64,000 bases of DNA from Azolla caroliniana (Eukaryota > Plantae > Polypodiophyta): contig JBHGNT010000017.1 in assembly GCA_043228905.1 (NCBI GenBank), positions 1,612,001 to 1,676,000 of the forward strand. Direction: 5' to 3'. Below are positions 45,963 through 58,715 of the stretch, piece after piece. The position numbers and the translations under genes are program-made. Each line of letters begins with the position of its first letter. Positions within the stretch are counted from its first letter, which is position 1. Under the pieces are notes generated by a model. The model saw nothing but the letters and a program-made list of their open reading frames with translations. It was not told the DNA's origin and ran no database searches.

Positions 45963-46340
45963 ATTACTCGAGTGGAAGAACAATGTTTTCATGAAAACAA
46001 CTTTGGAATCATCTCATACTAGAAATCTAGACTTCAATGTCTCAAACATGGTATCCTTTTCATAGATGTAACTTTGAATAAGGATATGTTCTTGAACGGG
46101 GGGGGGGGGGGGGGGGGGGGGGGCATAAACATTAGAGAAATCAAAACAAATTTAAGAATTACTCAAGTGAAAGAACAATGTTTTAATGAAATCAACTTTA
46201 GAATCATCCCGTACTATAAATCTAAACTTCATTGTCTCAAACATGGTATCATTTTCATAGATGTAACTTTGAATGAGGATGTGTTCTTGACGGGGGGGGG
46301 GGGGGCATAGACATTAGAGAAATCCAAGCAAATCTAACAA
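45963..46340. repeat. Two-copy ~190-bp tandem repeat, each copy with a poly-G run
   Basis: attactc.agtg.aagaacaatgtttt...gttcttga(G)n cata.acattagagaaatc repeated. Confidence 0.88.
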
Positions 46341-46767
46341 ATACCCAATCATTGAACGATACAAGATCGTGGGTACAACCATGACAAATAAGATAGATAG
46401 ATATTTTTTTAGCGTTTGAGCTTGAACATGTTATGCATACGGCAAGCGGATATGATGGACGTGCACATGGAAAATACAGTGTTTAACTCCGAAGGGCCCA
46501 AAGATCGACCTAACAAACGTGGTCCATTGACACCACAAAGTTTACAATAACAAATGATGTCCCAACGTCCGAACAAGCAATGGGCAGTGTAGGGCTAATA
46601 CATAACACCCCGTTTGGCTACCCACAGTTCTTTGCCTCCTACCCACCTAACTTATCTATCTATACATATGTATACATATAATGTGCCTATACATACAATC
46701 CATGATTCTATATACAATTCACTTCCCTATTGTCTATCTCTTCTATTTACATATATACTCTTCATGA

Positions 46768-46900
46768 CACATAATATGACTTGCACTCTCCCATTTGGTG
46801 AAACACTAGGTCAAACAACCCATCTAGGAGGGCAATGGGTGCACCGGCCCTAACCCAATGGCATTATCTGAACTTTGAAGGACCCAGCACAGGTATATAA
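46768..46900 (-). pseudogene. U1: Degenerate U1 snRNA pseudogene
   Basis: Colinear similarity to U1 (atgacttgcactctccca, ctagg.caaac, gcaatgg, ccggccctaa, caggta); Sm site and 5' end mutated, SL4 missing. Confidence 0.82.
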
Positions 46901-46926
46901 GTAGACATGTTGCTCACAGCCCTCAA

Positions 46927-46965
46927 TTTATACCTCTCTTCGTCTCCGTCCTCTCTATGTGGGAC
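46927..46965 (-). promoter_or_regulatory. USE (46965-46955) and TATAAA (46932-46927) of the degenerate U1
   Basis: GTCCCACATAG and TATAAA intact with a 22-bp spacer. Confidence 0.88.
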
Positions 46966-47211
46966 AAACACAGACACACAGTCTCTATCTACACTCTTCT
47001 ATTTCTGCTCTTTTTGTATCTATCTATTCATTAGCCATGACACTGTAAACATGGAACATATGATGTATGTTTGTGTGTATGTACAATTGATTTTATGAAT
47101 ACATATATACGTGTATGTATAAATCTTTATATTAATGTGTATATGTATGAATGTATATACACGATTGTATGATTGTATGTATGATAATAAGACACTCTAT
47201 TGCATATATTA

Positions 47212-47460
47212 TACATTCTCCGCCAAATAAGTTGAAACCCCTCATTTCGTTGATAAGACCATTAATTAACCATTGATCAAAAAAAGTATTTCACTTAGAA
47301 ATATTATGTTAAACCTGGATTTAATGACCAAATAATATTTGGCGTAGAATGTATGTCGTACATTCTCCGCCAAATAAGTTGAAACCCCTCATTTCGTTGA
47401 TAAGACCATTAATTAACCATTGATCAAAAAAAGTATTTCATTTAGAAAGATTATATTAGA
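47212..47460. mobile_element. Small MITE (47214-47351) flanked by TA, plus an adjacent truncated copy
   Basis: TIRs cattctccgccaaata / tatttggcgtagaatg (1 mismatch), TA on both sides (Tc1/mariner type); second copy starts at 47359. Confidence 0.7.
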
Positions 47461-48905
47461 GATAAAATAAGTATCATAGTATTTATCAATATAACCTGCT
47501 GGATTTAATGATGATCCTCGAACAAATTGTTTAAATGAATTTTAAAAAACATTCTTTACGAAGTTCCTTTTTATAAAGAAAGAAACTATTTTTTGCTTTG
47601 CGTGCGTGTGTATGATTGTGTGCATATAATCCTACTACCTATGTGTAGGTGTGGTCCATTGCTTTGGGGAGGAGAGCTTAGACAAAGAATGTGTGCTTGG
47701 TTTATGCGATGGCATAATGCTTTCCAACATGGAAACGTCACTAAATTTTTCCAAATGTAGCCTAGCACATGAAAGAGAGACAGAGTGATACGAAGAAAAT
47801 TTGCACGTAGACAAAACAAACCAAGCTTAGGCGTAGAGGGTGACATAGATAAACTCTAGAATTGTATGTGTCATAGATAACTATATTGCCTACTTTCATT
47901 ATGAAATGTGTTCATTGTACAATGAAAGGAATCATGAAGATGCCTAGACTTCTCATCCTAAATTTTTGATATTACATACTTTGGGATGTTATTTTATGTT
48001 TTATTTCAACTTAATTGTGCCATAATCGAGGTGCATTTTGGGACATTATTTGATGCTTTACTTCGACTCGTTTATGCAACAATCTAGGTGAATGGTACTC
48101 ATCTTAGAAGCTCTATCACCATGTATTGTAACCTTTCAGGTTAGAGCTCAAGTTGAGAGGTTGGTTGAAGGAAGTTGGTTGTTACAACTCCATTATAATT
48201 ATTTTACTACATGTTGGATGATTTTGGAAATGGTTTATAAGCACAAAATGCATAATTGAGCTATGAGTAGTGACTAACCTATACACATGCATGCATCTCA
48301 ATGTCCTTGTAAGTTGTGCACATTGGACATGGTGCACAATTATCTCCATGATCTTGTAATGGTATGGTCCATCTACTAGGTAATGGAGGTCTTTAATGTT
48401 GATAAAATTCCTTTTCTCGCTCCATGGCGATTCCTTGGAAACAAACCAATATTGTCCTATAGCATCTTGCATGCTAGAATAAGAATCAATTCTCTATCCT
48501 TTGGAAGCTTGAGCAAGATTTGGCTAAACTATGGTGGCTCAGCCTTATCAAAAAAGGGGTGGTTGGTGGTGGAGTCCGGGTGGAAGGTGGCAAGCTCAAT
48601 TTCCAAATAATGGGATCAGTAGTAAAGGAAAAGAAATCATTAATTCTCTAGTCGAGGTTGGCACACCTTTCTAAATGATTTCTACATCACTCTTCTTTTT
48701 CCTTCTTCTTTGACGTATGTATGTATATGATCTATCAATCACAAACATATTTTTGTCAAATGATAGAGATTATTGGAAGGCCCAGACTATTTTTTATATC
48801 TGCTGGTGTTAGTAGTTTCCCCCTCGCCAAAATTTCCAGCTCTTCATTTCCCCTCCATCACCAGAACAGCACCCTTTCGACAATCCTTCCTATTCCCGTG
48901 GTGCA

Positions 48906-50848
48906 ATGCTGAACCTCCGATGCACTCTCCATCTCCTCTCAATCCTTATCGTGATCATCAATTCAGCAATGGCTGCAGAGGTTGTGGCCCCTGCTTCCTC
49001 TCCTACCTCCGATAATGACGACGACATGGCGGTAGTGCAAGCCCAAGCCCAAGCTCTCATAGCATTCAAGGATGCCATCACCCATGACCCCTTCTCTTGC
49101 CTCTCCTCCTGGGTTCAACCCTCTCATGGGTTCCATCCCGAGTGAGCTGGGACTGCTAATAAACCTCCAGGAACTCTCTCTATTTAGGGCCAATCTTGAG
49201 GGTCCAGTTCCCGTTGAACTTTGCAACTGTACCCAAATGGTGTGGTTCGATGTGGGATGGATGCAGGAATCTGGTTTCTTCAACTACCTTCCACCAGGAT
49301 ACCCCGTATCCCAGGGTCTTACAGGGAGCATACCTGAGTGTTTCGGTAGAATGGCAAACCTGCAAACGCTGGCATGGCAGCTCAGCCATATTGAGGGGGG
49401 GTTCCCTACGAAGGCATTGCAGAATTTAACGCAGCTCAACAGTTGGATCTGTTTTATTGCAGCATGGTCGACATCTTCCCCCCTGAGTTGAAATGGAATT
49501 TTCCACAGCTGACATATCTAAACCTCTCGCAAAACCTCTTAACAGGATCTATACCACCACAGATTGGCCAGCTTCCCAACCTGGAACGACTCAGCGTCGG
49601 TTCTAATGATCTGAATGGAACAATCCTAGAACAACTCCTCCAAATCCTGGCACAACACAGCACCGTCACCAGTGAAGCATTCCTCCATCTCTCAGCCGCC
49701 TAATAAACACAGAGAGCTTAACATTAAATAACAATAAGCTTTCTGGATACATTCCTCTCGAAATCGGGGCATTGACAAAGCTGCAGAAATTAGACCTCTC
49801 CACAAACAACCTGCAAGGGATCGTCCCTGTCCACGCTTTACATAATCTGTCTGGTCTTCAGACTTTACGCCTCTTTCAGAACAATTTGACTGGGAAGATA
49901 GAGAACTTGGATCTGTCCAAGTTGCCTAATCTCGACACTTTTAGTGTCTATGGAAATGCTTTAGAAGGGGGCCTACCTGCTGGCCTAACAGAGAGTAAGG
50001 CACTAATCATCTTTGATGTGCAGCGGAACAAATATTTAAACGGATCCATAGGCAATACTACTACTCTTGACATCACTGGCTACAACCAGCTAAGTGGCCA
50101 CATCCCGGGCTGGGTTTGGAAGCTTCCCAAACTACAGGCACTGGACCTCTCCAATAATCGTTTCCACGGCCGCTTCCCTGCGACTCTCACGCACCTCGTC
50201 TACTTCAAGCTCAATCAAACCTCACACAAGAACCAGACAACCCTCTACGTTGAGGTGCCTGTCACGCTGAAGAATACTGTCTACATTCTTGAGTATGTGC
50301 TGAGTGCACGGATCTACATTGATGTGTCCATGAACGATCTGGAAGGCGAAATTCCGGAGAGCTTCGGGGAGCTGCAGGGTTTGACAGGAGTCAACCTGTC
50401 CCACAACCGAATTGGCGGCACAATACCTGCAGGTACATTCGGGAGATTGAGGCAGTTGGAGGTGTTGGACCTGTCGTACAACCAGCTCAGCGGTGGCATC
50501 CCACAAGATCTCACGTCTCTGGACAACCTCAATACTTTAAACCTCGCCCACAACCAACTGGAAGGACTCATTCCCACACAGAACAACTTTGACACCAAGT
50601 TGGGGAAAATGAGCTACGAGAACAACCCGGGGCTGTATGGCTGCCCTCTTTCCTCCTGCAACACAAGTTACAATGTGATGAATACTAATGATGTGGTGGG
50701 CATCACAAGCACAAGCACAGGTGGGCAAATGCAGATCATGATTTGGTTCCGTGAGTTCGTATGTCCGTGGGCACTTCTGGTGGGCTATCCGGCAGGGCTT
50801 GCACTCGGTATATTCATCGGCCATCTCCTCTCCTCAAAATTGAAGTGA
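48906..50848 (+). pseudogene. LRR receptor-like protein (RLP, no kinase), frameshifted
   Basis: Signal peptide, LRRNT ALIAFK..I.HDP..LSSW, plant LRRs (LxLSxNxLxGxIP) spread over several frames, island region, NPGLYG cap (C>Y), GxxxG transmembrane segment and short tail; last ~358 aa open. Confidence 0.88.
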
Positions 50849-51615
50849 ATACTCGCACGAACAACACAATCAATCCCCAACATGAGTTTTTTTTTCACCA
50901 AAAAACAACATGAGTTTCTAATACAAGATGTATGTATGTCCATATGTATTCATTTTTACTTTTTTACTCCCACGTCTTCCAAACAAACAAACACTTTGGA
51001 TCTAAACGGGCAATTGAGAACGCCAACGGCATGGGATAGATAGATTACTACCAACCACATCCATACATACGTTACCTCCCAAGTTCTATTAGTTTAAAAA
51101 CTTTATTTGATGAACATGAACATGAATGACAATGACCACATTAAATGTTACAATGTCCCTACAATCGGAGGCTTTGCCTCATGAAGCAGTTCTTTGAGGA
51201 CTTAGCATGGCAAATTTGATCAAGTCTACCTATTGCGCCCCTAGTAATTATGGGGTTCTCAAAACAACATGAAAACTTGGTTGGGACAAAGAGAATTGGG
51301 ACAAGAAGATGATTTATATTACATGAAAGAGATACAAGATTACAACAATCCTAGGTTGGGACAAACCAAAAAGATGATGAGGGACTAGAAGATTACAAAA
51401 GGAGAGAGTAGGACTCATAGATTGAGAATGACTCAAAATGAGGACAAGCTCCTCCATATATAGCCCAAGGGGTGGGTGGCTTTTGGACTACCCTAGCCAT
51501 TAGGCCAAGAGGTAGTTGTTGGGCTTCCCTAGCCGTTAGGTTAAGAGGTGGTTGTTGGGCTTCCTTTTGGCTAGTCATTGGGACTGCTCATTGTTTGGGA
51601 CATCTTAGGTCTATC

Positions 51616-54600
51616 TGTTGGAAGAAAGGAGGGTCGTCTGTGCGGAAGATCAAGGAGCATTCGATTCTTTTATGAATACCTGCGTATGAGAGATTGTAGG
51701 TCGTTGCACAGAGAGAGAGAGAGAGAGACACAAAAGAGTCTTTATTTCTTAAAGCAAATAATACAACAACCAACCTCACAAAGAGGTTACAAGGTCACTA
51801 TATATAGTGACCGACTTAGGGCAACTACCCTTTATGCTAATTACATAAATGGCCAAAACGGGATAATGTGAATACGTCCATTATACACATGTATTCGACA
51901 CTCCCCCGTAATGGGCGTATACATGGGTTATCTAAGATTACAGGTATAGGCTTAGGTTCTCGGACATATCAGCTTTGTTCGAGTCGGCAGGGTCCGAAGG
52001 CAGAAGACCGAACTGGTTGGGTCGGAACAGTTGAAGCCGATCATTAAGCAACTGATGTCGGTTGTCGGGAACCATCCTGCTCTGTGTCCGGCTCTAACCG
52101 GACTGGTTTGTCGTTACGCCCATCTGATGCCGAAGAGACCGAAAGCGGTCTGCCGAAAGACATTTGGTCATTCCATCTGCGACATTGTCGGTTGTGGATA
52201 TTTTCTCTAGACCGATTTTCCCTGAAATGACGCAGTCCCGAACGAAGTGATATCGAACGTCGATATGTTTGGAGGCGTTGTGGTGAACCGGATTTTTCGA
52301 CAAGGCAACAGCACCTTGACTGTCGCTGTAGACAACTGGAGCCGAGTCATGGTCGACTTGTCGAAACGTGTGCGCCAGCCGACCGAGCCACACGGCTTCT
52401 TTTGCCGCGTCGGACGCAGCTACATATTCTGCTTCGGTCGTTGAGGTCGCTGTGCACTCCTGAAGTTTCGACTTCCACGAGATTGCTCCATTGCCGAATT
52501 TGAAGCAGTATCCGGTTGTTGATTTCCGACTGTCTATACAGCCGGTGAAGTCCGAGTCGGTGTAACCGACTACGCCTGAGGTTCGGTTCGGACCGAAAAG
52601 AATGCCATGGCCTTTTGTGCCAGCCAGATATCTGAACACATGCTTGACTGCGTTCCAATGCGATCGGCCAGGATTGTGCATAAATCTGCTGACGACTCCT
52701 ACGGCGTGAGAAATATCAGGCCGTGTCGCGACCATCAGGTACATAAGGGAGCCGACTGCCGGTGCATACGGTACCGACTTCATATCTTCCCCCTCCGGAC
52801 CGGATGTCGGGCAGTCTCGCTGAGAGAGCCGAAGATTCATGGGGAGCAGGGTTGAAGCAGATTTGGCTGATTGCATGTTGAAGCATTCCAAGACACGTCC
52901 GATATAGTCGGTCTGAGACAAAAAAAGATGTCGTTTATCGCGATGCCGACTAATCTTCATGCCGAGTATGTGTCGTGCCGGACCGAGGTCCTTCATGGCA
53001 AACTTCAACCGCAGTTGCCGAACGAGGTCGGCAAGTTCGCCCGCGTGGCGTCCAGAAATTAGCATGTCGTCCACGTAAATGATGAGGAAGATGGGTGATC
53101 CATCTTGAGCTGTGTTGGTGAAGAGACAATGGTCCTCATCGCTTTTGGAGAAGCCGATCGATTGGATGAAGTCGTCGAACTTCTTGTACCATTGTCGCGG
53201 TGCCTGTTTGAGGCCGTATAGACTCTTCCTGAGTCGGCAGACTAGATGTTCTTGGCCAGTTGCCACGAAGCCTTTTGGCTGCTCCATATAAATTTCCTCG
53301 TCAAGATCACCATGGAGGAATGCTGTTTTGACATCTAGCTGAATCAGCTCCAAGTTGTCGGCTGCCACTACGCCGAGTAGGAAACGAAGGGTTGTCATTT
53401 TCACCACTGGTGAAAAAATCTCGTCGAAGTCGACGCCATATTCTTGTCGGAAGCCCTTCGCAACTAATCTGGCCTTGTACTTTGGGGTGGTCGAATCAGA
53501 CGTCTCTTTTAGTCGATAGACCCACTTGCAAGGAAGAGCACGTCGGTTCCTAGGTAATTCGACCAGATCCCAAGTCTTGTTTGCCCGAATGGAGTGCATT
53601 TCCGACTCCATCGCCAGATGCCAGGTGGCGGAATCGACAGATGTCGATGCTTCTTCGTAAGACGTCGGTTCGCCGGTGTCGGTGAAGAAAATTCCAGGAG
53701 AATACCTCTCCGGAGGTTGCGACAGTCTCTCGGATCGTCGAGGTATGATTGGACTGGTCGCATCGGGTATCGAGGTCGGATGGTCCGAAACCGAATCATT
53801 CGGCTGTGCCGAGTCAGAGTTGTCCGAGTCGGTAGTGTAAGGTTCAGCTACCCGTGAAGCTGACCGTGTGTTGTGAGCGGGGCCTTCTTGAAGGGTCGGC
53901 ACATCGGAAAATGTTACCCTTCGGACTTCGATCGGTTTTTCGACTGATGGAGTCATAGCTGACTCGTTGAACACAACGTCCGAACTTCGAACGATTTGTC
54001 TGCGTTCGGGGTCCCAGAGTCGGTATCCCATTTCGCCGTCGGATCCATATCCAAGAAAAATGCATTTCCTGGACCGAGGTGCAAGTTTTCGGCGATCATC
54101 TTTCGGAATAAGGGCGTACGCCTCGCATCCGAAGATCCTCAGCTTGTCGTAATTCGGCTTACTGCCGATCCATAGTTCCTGAGGAATTTGAAGTCCTAGA
54201 GGTCTACTTGGCGACATATTGATTATGTGTACTGCCGTGAGTAGAGCCTCTGCCCAGAAGCCATCCGACAGTCCGGAGTGTTGGAGCATGGAAACTATCC
54301 GTTCTTGGATTGTCCGATTCATGCGTTCGGCAATCCCGTTTTGCTCCGGGCTATGTGGTGCCGTAAATTCACGTCGGATGCCGCGTTGTCGGCAGAATTT
54401 GACGAATTCTTCGGATTTAAACTCTCCCCCATTGTCTGTCCGAAGGCATTTCAGCTTTCGGTTGGTTTGATTTTCTACCATAGCGAGCCAGTCGGTGAAG
54501 ATCGAGAAGACACGATCTTTAGTGCGAATTGGATAAGCCCACACCTTTCGAGTCGAGTCGTCAATAAAAGTGACGAAGTAAGAGGCACCGCCTAGAGACT

Positions 54601-57068
54601 GATGCGGCATTGGGCCACAGACGTCCGAATGGACTAAATCGAGAGGTCTCGTTTCTCTTGGTGCGGATGTCGGGTGTGATGCGGCTGCTTGTTTGCCATA
54701 CTGGCAATGCTCGCAGAATTGATGGTCCGAGAAGGAGAGTTTGGGGATGTATCCGGCTCTGGATAGGTGCGTGATGCCGGCCTTGCTGAGGTGTCCTAAT
54801 CTTCGGTGCCATAGTGATGACACAGGAATATCCACCAAAAACAGGTTACCCTCTCTGAGTGTAACATGTAACGGATACAAGAAGTGTATCTTAGGTCCTC
54901 TAGCAAGCAGGAGGTTCCCCCTGTGGAGTGTCCACCCTCCCGAAGAAAAACCGGCACGAATGCCGTCTTCATCTAGTTGTCCGACTGAGATCAAGGGCCT
55001 TGAGAGCTCGGGTACATGTCGGACATTGTGGAGTACAAGTGTAGAGCCACCTGCAAGGTTGAGCTCTACTGTGCCGATTCCGATGATGTCACAGTGTTGT
55101 GAGTTGCCGACCCGAACTGAGTCGGAGTGACGGATCGTATATTGCCGAAATTGGGATCGATGAGGAGTCACGTGAAATGACGCGCCCGAATCTAAGAGCC
55201 ATGTGCTCGATTCTTCAGTCGTGAGTAGAACTTCTGATCCGACTGGATTTTCGATTGATAGTATATTCGGGTCGTCTGGTAGCACATCAGCCGAGAAGCT
55301 GACGTAATTGATCTCCTCATGCCGGCCACTCTTCTTGTTGTTCTTGTTCTTGAGTGCGCGGCAGTCGGCTTTGATGTGTCCGGGTTTCTTGCAATAGTTG
55401 CAGATTCGGTTGTCCCGTGACTGGCTCCGTCTTCGCTGATTGTTCGGCGGTCGTGAGGAATCTCTTCCTCGTATGTTCGATCGGTCTGTCGAACCTTGTA
55501 CTACATAGGCGTCGTCTGTTGAGTCTTTGGCGAAAGACTTTCTCCGAGCTGCTTCGGTCAGGATTGCGCTCGTGACTTCGGAGTATTTAACAGCCGTGGT
55601 TGACGCGTTGCACACGGTTGTGACGAAAGTTTCCCATGATGAGGGAAGGCTGCTCATGAGTATCATTGCTCTGAGTTCATCCTCGATTGCCGTCCCCTGT
55701 GACGAGATTTGGGAGCTTATGCTTTCGTACTCATTGAGGTGTGCTTGAACCGAGTCGGATTCTTTCATCCGCAAGTTGTAGAGGCGCCGGATCAGAAACA
55801 TCTTCGTTGCGGCGACCTTCTTTTCGTAAGTGTCCGACAGTGTTTTCCACAGTTCGAATGCTGTCGTACACGATTGCACCGTAAAGTACACCGATTCCGA
55901 TAGGTGCATCCGAATCGTGGCGCGGACGATTCTGTCCAGCTTCTGCCACTCAATTGGTTTGTATCCTTCTGGAGGTTCTTCATTTTCGATGGGATCGATT
56001 TGCCCCTTGACTATGAGATAGTCCTGCATTTGCTCCTTCCAGAAGTTAAAGTTCGATCCATCGAACTTTCGTAGACTCATTTCTGACGAGCCGGATGTTG
56101 ATGCCATCAAGTTCGGTTTTGGTTGACGAAGCTCGGTTCGGAGTTGACTACGAACCTTGTTGGAGTGCAGCCGGTTGGCTCACCCGATATCGTTCTAGTC
56201 GGATTTGAACCCGAGTCGGTTCGGCTTCGGAACTTGCTCGAATTGACTCCGGTAACTTGAGGGACAGAACCGACTGGTCTTCCCGAGTGTTGCCGAGTCG
56301 GAGTGAGCCCGGTTCGCTTCGGATATATGTGCCGAATACCGATTATTGAAACCGATTATCTGGACCGATTCTGCTTCGGGTGGCTGCAGCGACGAGAGAG
56401 ACAGATCCAGCTGATCCTCTCGAATGTCGATCAGCCGGATGAAGCACGAGTTGGGGTTGTTGTCTTGAGACCGATCTGCACCGAGTGGTTACAGCGAGCA
56501 GCGTTTGGTGACCTCTTCGGATGCCGTTTAACCGAATGGAGCACGATCGTGTCAATGATGCACAAGGGGATTTCACCTCGAGCGGTTACGATCACAAGGA
56601 ACAGAGTACAACCTGAAGGCTTACTCCAAGCAAGAGGATCTAACGCGATGAGGTGCAAACCTCGTTTTTGTTCTTCTTCTCTCTTTCTTCGAATGACGCG
56701 AATACTGTGCAGGCGGTGATGAAGTGAAGAACCGAATGCTGTGCAGGCGGTGACGACGGCCGAACCTCTGCTCTGATACCAGATGTTGGAAGAAAGGAGG
56801 GTCGTCTGTGCGGAAGATCAAGGAGCATTCGATTCTTTTATGAATACCTGCGTATGAGAGATTGTAGGTCGTTGCACACAGAGAGAGAGAGAGACACACA
56901 AAAGAGTCTTTATTTCTTAAAGCAAATAATACAACAACCAACCTCACAAAGAGGTTACAAGGTCACTATATATAGTGACCGACTTAGGGCAACTACCCTT
57001 TATGCTAATTACATAAATGGCCAAAACGGGATAATGTGAATACGTCCATTATACACATGTATTCGACA
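51616..57068 (-). mobile_element. Element G: intact Ty1/copia (Tnt1/Tork-like)
   Basis: 285-bp LTRs 51616-51900 and 56784-57068 differing only around the GA/CA microsatellite; TSD CTATC; iMet PBS 56781-56770; PPT at 51901-51908. Confidence 0.98.
52094..56110 (-). CDS. gag-pol: Element G gag-pol polyprotein (1338 aa, intact)
   Basis: CCHC knuckle, WLLDSGASFH, integrase (VHSDVCGP, TDNGGEF), RT YVDD, RNase H TDSD / KHIDVRYHF. Confidence 0.97.
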   Translation of the reverse strand: MMASTSGSSEMSLRKFDGSNFNFWKEQMQDYLIVKGQIDPIENEEPPEGYKPIEWQKLDRIVRATIRMHLSESVYFTVQSCTTAFELWKTLSDTYEKKVAATKMFLIRRLYNLRMKESDSVQAHLNEYESISSQISSQGTAIEDELRAMILMSSLPSSWETFVTTVCNASTTAVKYSEVTSAILTEAARRKSFAKDSTDDAYVVQGSTDRSNIRGRDSSRPPNNQRRRSQSRDNRICNYCKKPGHIKADCRALKNKNNKKSGRHEEINYVSFSADVLPDDPNILSIENPVGSEVLLTTEESSTWLLDSGASFHVTPHRSQFRQYTIRHSDSVRVGNSQHCDIIGIGTVELNLAGGSTLVLHNVRHVPELSRPLISVGQLDEDGIRAGFSSGGWTLHRGNLLLARGPKIHFLYPLHVTLREGNLFLVDIPVSSLWHRRLGHLSKAGITHLSRAGYIPKLSFSDHQFCEHCQYGKQAAASHPTSAPRETRPLDLVHSDVCGPMPHQSLGGASYFVTFIDDSTRKVWAYPIRTKDRVFSIFTDWLAMVENQTNRKLKCLRTDNGGEFKSEEFVKFCRQRGIRREFTAPHSPEQNGIAERMNRTIQERIVSMLQHSGLSDGFWAEALLTAVHIINMSPSRPLGLQIPQELWIGSKPNYDKLRIFGCEAYALIPKDDRRKLAPRSRKCIFLGYGSDGEMGYRLWDPERRQIVRSSDVVFNESAMTPSVEKPIEVRRVTFSDVPTLQEGPAHNTRSASRVAEPYTTDSDNSDSAQPNDSVSDHPTSIPDATSPIIPRRSERLSQPPERYSPGIFFTDTGEPTSYEEASTSVDSATWHLAMESEMHSIRANKTWDLVELPRNRRALPCKWVYRLKETSDSTTPKYKARLVAKGFRQEYGVDFDEIFSPVVKMTTLRFLLGVVAADNLELIQLDVKTAFLHGDLDEEIYMEQPKGFVATGQEHLVCRLRKSLYGLKQAPRQWYKKFDDFIQSIGFSKSDEDHCLFTNTAQDGSPIFLIIYVDDMLISGRHAGELADLVRQLRLKFAMKDLGPARHILGMKISRHRDKRHLFLSQTDYIGRVLECFNMQSAKSASTLLPMNLRLSQRDCPTSGPEGEDMKSVPYAPAVGSLMYLMVATRPDISHAVGVVSRFMHNPGRSHWNAVKHVFRYLAGTKGHGILFGPNRTSGVVGYTDSDFTGCIDSRKSTTGYCFKFGNGAISWKSKLQECTATSTTEAEYVAASDAAKEAVWLGRLAHTFRQVDHDSAPVVYSDSQGAVALSKNPVHHNASKHIDVRYHFVRDCVISGKIGLEKISTTDNVADGMTKCLSADRFRSLRHQMGVTTNQSG

Positions 57069-57504
57069 CTATCCAACTCTTGTTTGGGACTACTTTGGTC
57101 TGTCCCAACCTAAACCTTGCTTGGGTCTTTCCCAACTATGTTTGGGACTGATTGCTAGCTGGGACTAATTAGGTGCACCATACTAACCTCTTTTTTGTTG
57201 CCCTACCCCATAGTGCCAACTCTTTACAATCATGAAACCCACATTATCCAACATAAGTGATCGAAGTCTAGTTGTCTCGATTTTACAAGGAAACACAGTT
57301 TGCATTAAATCAATATTCCTAATCTTGTACTACACTTTATATCAAGCATTCAAAACATAATAAAAAATATTATAAACTCTTCAAAAAAATCTAAATCTAA
57401 TGATTCATGCGTATATATCATATCTAGGTTTCTTAAGTCGATTTGTAAAATTCATCAAAGGAGTGTTTTAACAATAAAGGGGGAAACAAGGCCATGCTTA
57501 TAAT

Positions 57505-58540
57505 CATAGAATGAACCATACATAGCATACGTGCATTCGCGTGCGCGAATGATTCAATCATACGTGTATGGTAAATCATCTCCAAGTTGGATTGGATTGA
57601 CACGTTTGATTGGATTGAATATGGCCTATATTATATATTGATTCAATCTCAATCCCAACAAGTGGACTATGTCATTATAAACTATCATCAAAGATTCAAA
57701 AACTCATAAAGCTTATATTCGAGAATACGAAGAAAATATGACACTAACAAAAAATTCTACTAATTCAATTGACGTAGTAATTTGTTTGAGGACTCTCACT
57801 AGAATGTGCCTCATTACTATCAACAACATAACTGTCTTCAATGTCCTCATCTTGCATACTATTGAGGATATCATTTGAATTTTCAGTATGTAAAATTTCT
57901 CGCTCTTTTTGCAAGTTCAATAACCTTTTAACATCTTCCTCTTTATCAACCATTTCCATTGTAATTTCCAATGGGGTGTAACCTCTTTCTTTGATGCTCT
58001 TGAGAAGCCGTAAATTAGTGTGCAAGTATGTATAGATCACATGAGTCTGTCGCCATGATGATGATGATGATGATTAATCAAGCATCTTTCTCGTTCTTCT
58101 GATGATCCGATTAATCAAAATCCCAAGTGAACAAAAAAGAGACAAAACACAAAAAAAGTGTTTCTTTTCTCCCCTATGCAGGAATGATCCTCTCTCTCTC
58201 TCTGCCTTTTTCTTGCTAATTCTCTTTTTTTTTTGTTATAATAATACAGACATAGCCCACCCCCCCACCCATTTTCTCTCTCTTCTTCCAATTGAGCTTT
58301 GCCCACACCCCACCGAAAGTCCCCCATTGGATTGGTGCAGCACAAAAACCAATGAGAGTGTGGAGTGTCTCCTACATCCTCATCAGAGAAATGCCCCTTT
58401 AAGATCTCATATCGCATTAGAATTGGGAAGCCATTCATTCCTTTGTGGATCCATTCATTACTAATTAATTCGGGTTACAGAGTTCATTCACCTCCCACCC
58501 AAAAAAGTATGCAAACTGTGATTTTGTGTGTGTGTGTGTG

Positions 58541-58576
<36 letters not shown>

Positions 58577-58715
58577 GCGACAACGTATCTTTAAAAAAAG
58601 AATACAAAAAAAGGGGAAAAAAAGGACCACGCATTTTTCCCCTTTCAAACGTGTTCGTTTCCAAACGTATTCAAACGTTTGGATGCCTCCACGAACACGA
58701 ATACTACGTTCTATG
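57505..58715 (-). mobile_element. Non-autonomous hAT DNA transposon
   Basis: Short TIRs catagaa / ttctatg; perfect 8-bp TSD CTTATAAT (57497-57504 / 58716-58723); remnant of the transposase C-terminal motif (YLHTNLRLL) in ORF 57765-58040. Confidence 0.85.

Larger units (their letters stand above)
51146..57228. mobile_element. Probable old LTR-like repeat into which element G inserted (boundaries approximate)
   Basis: ttgggac/gtcccaa motifs recur on both sides of G; TATA-like atatatag at ~51457; no TSD found. Confidence 0.35.
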
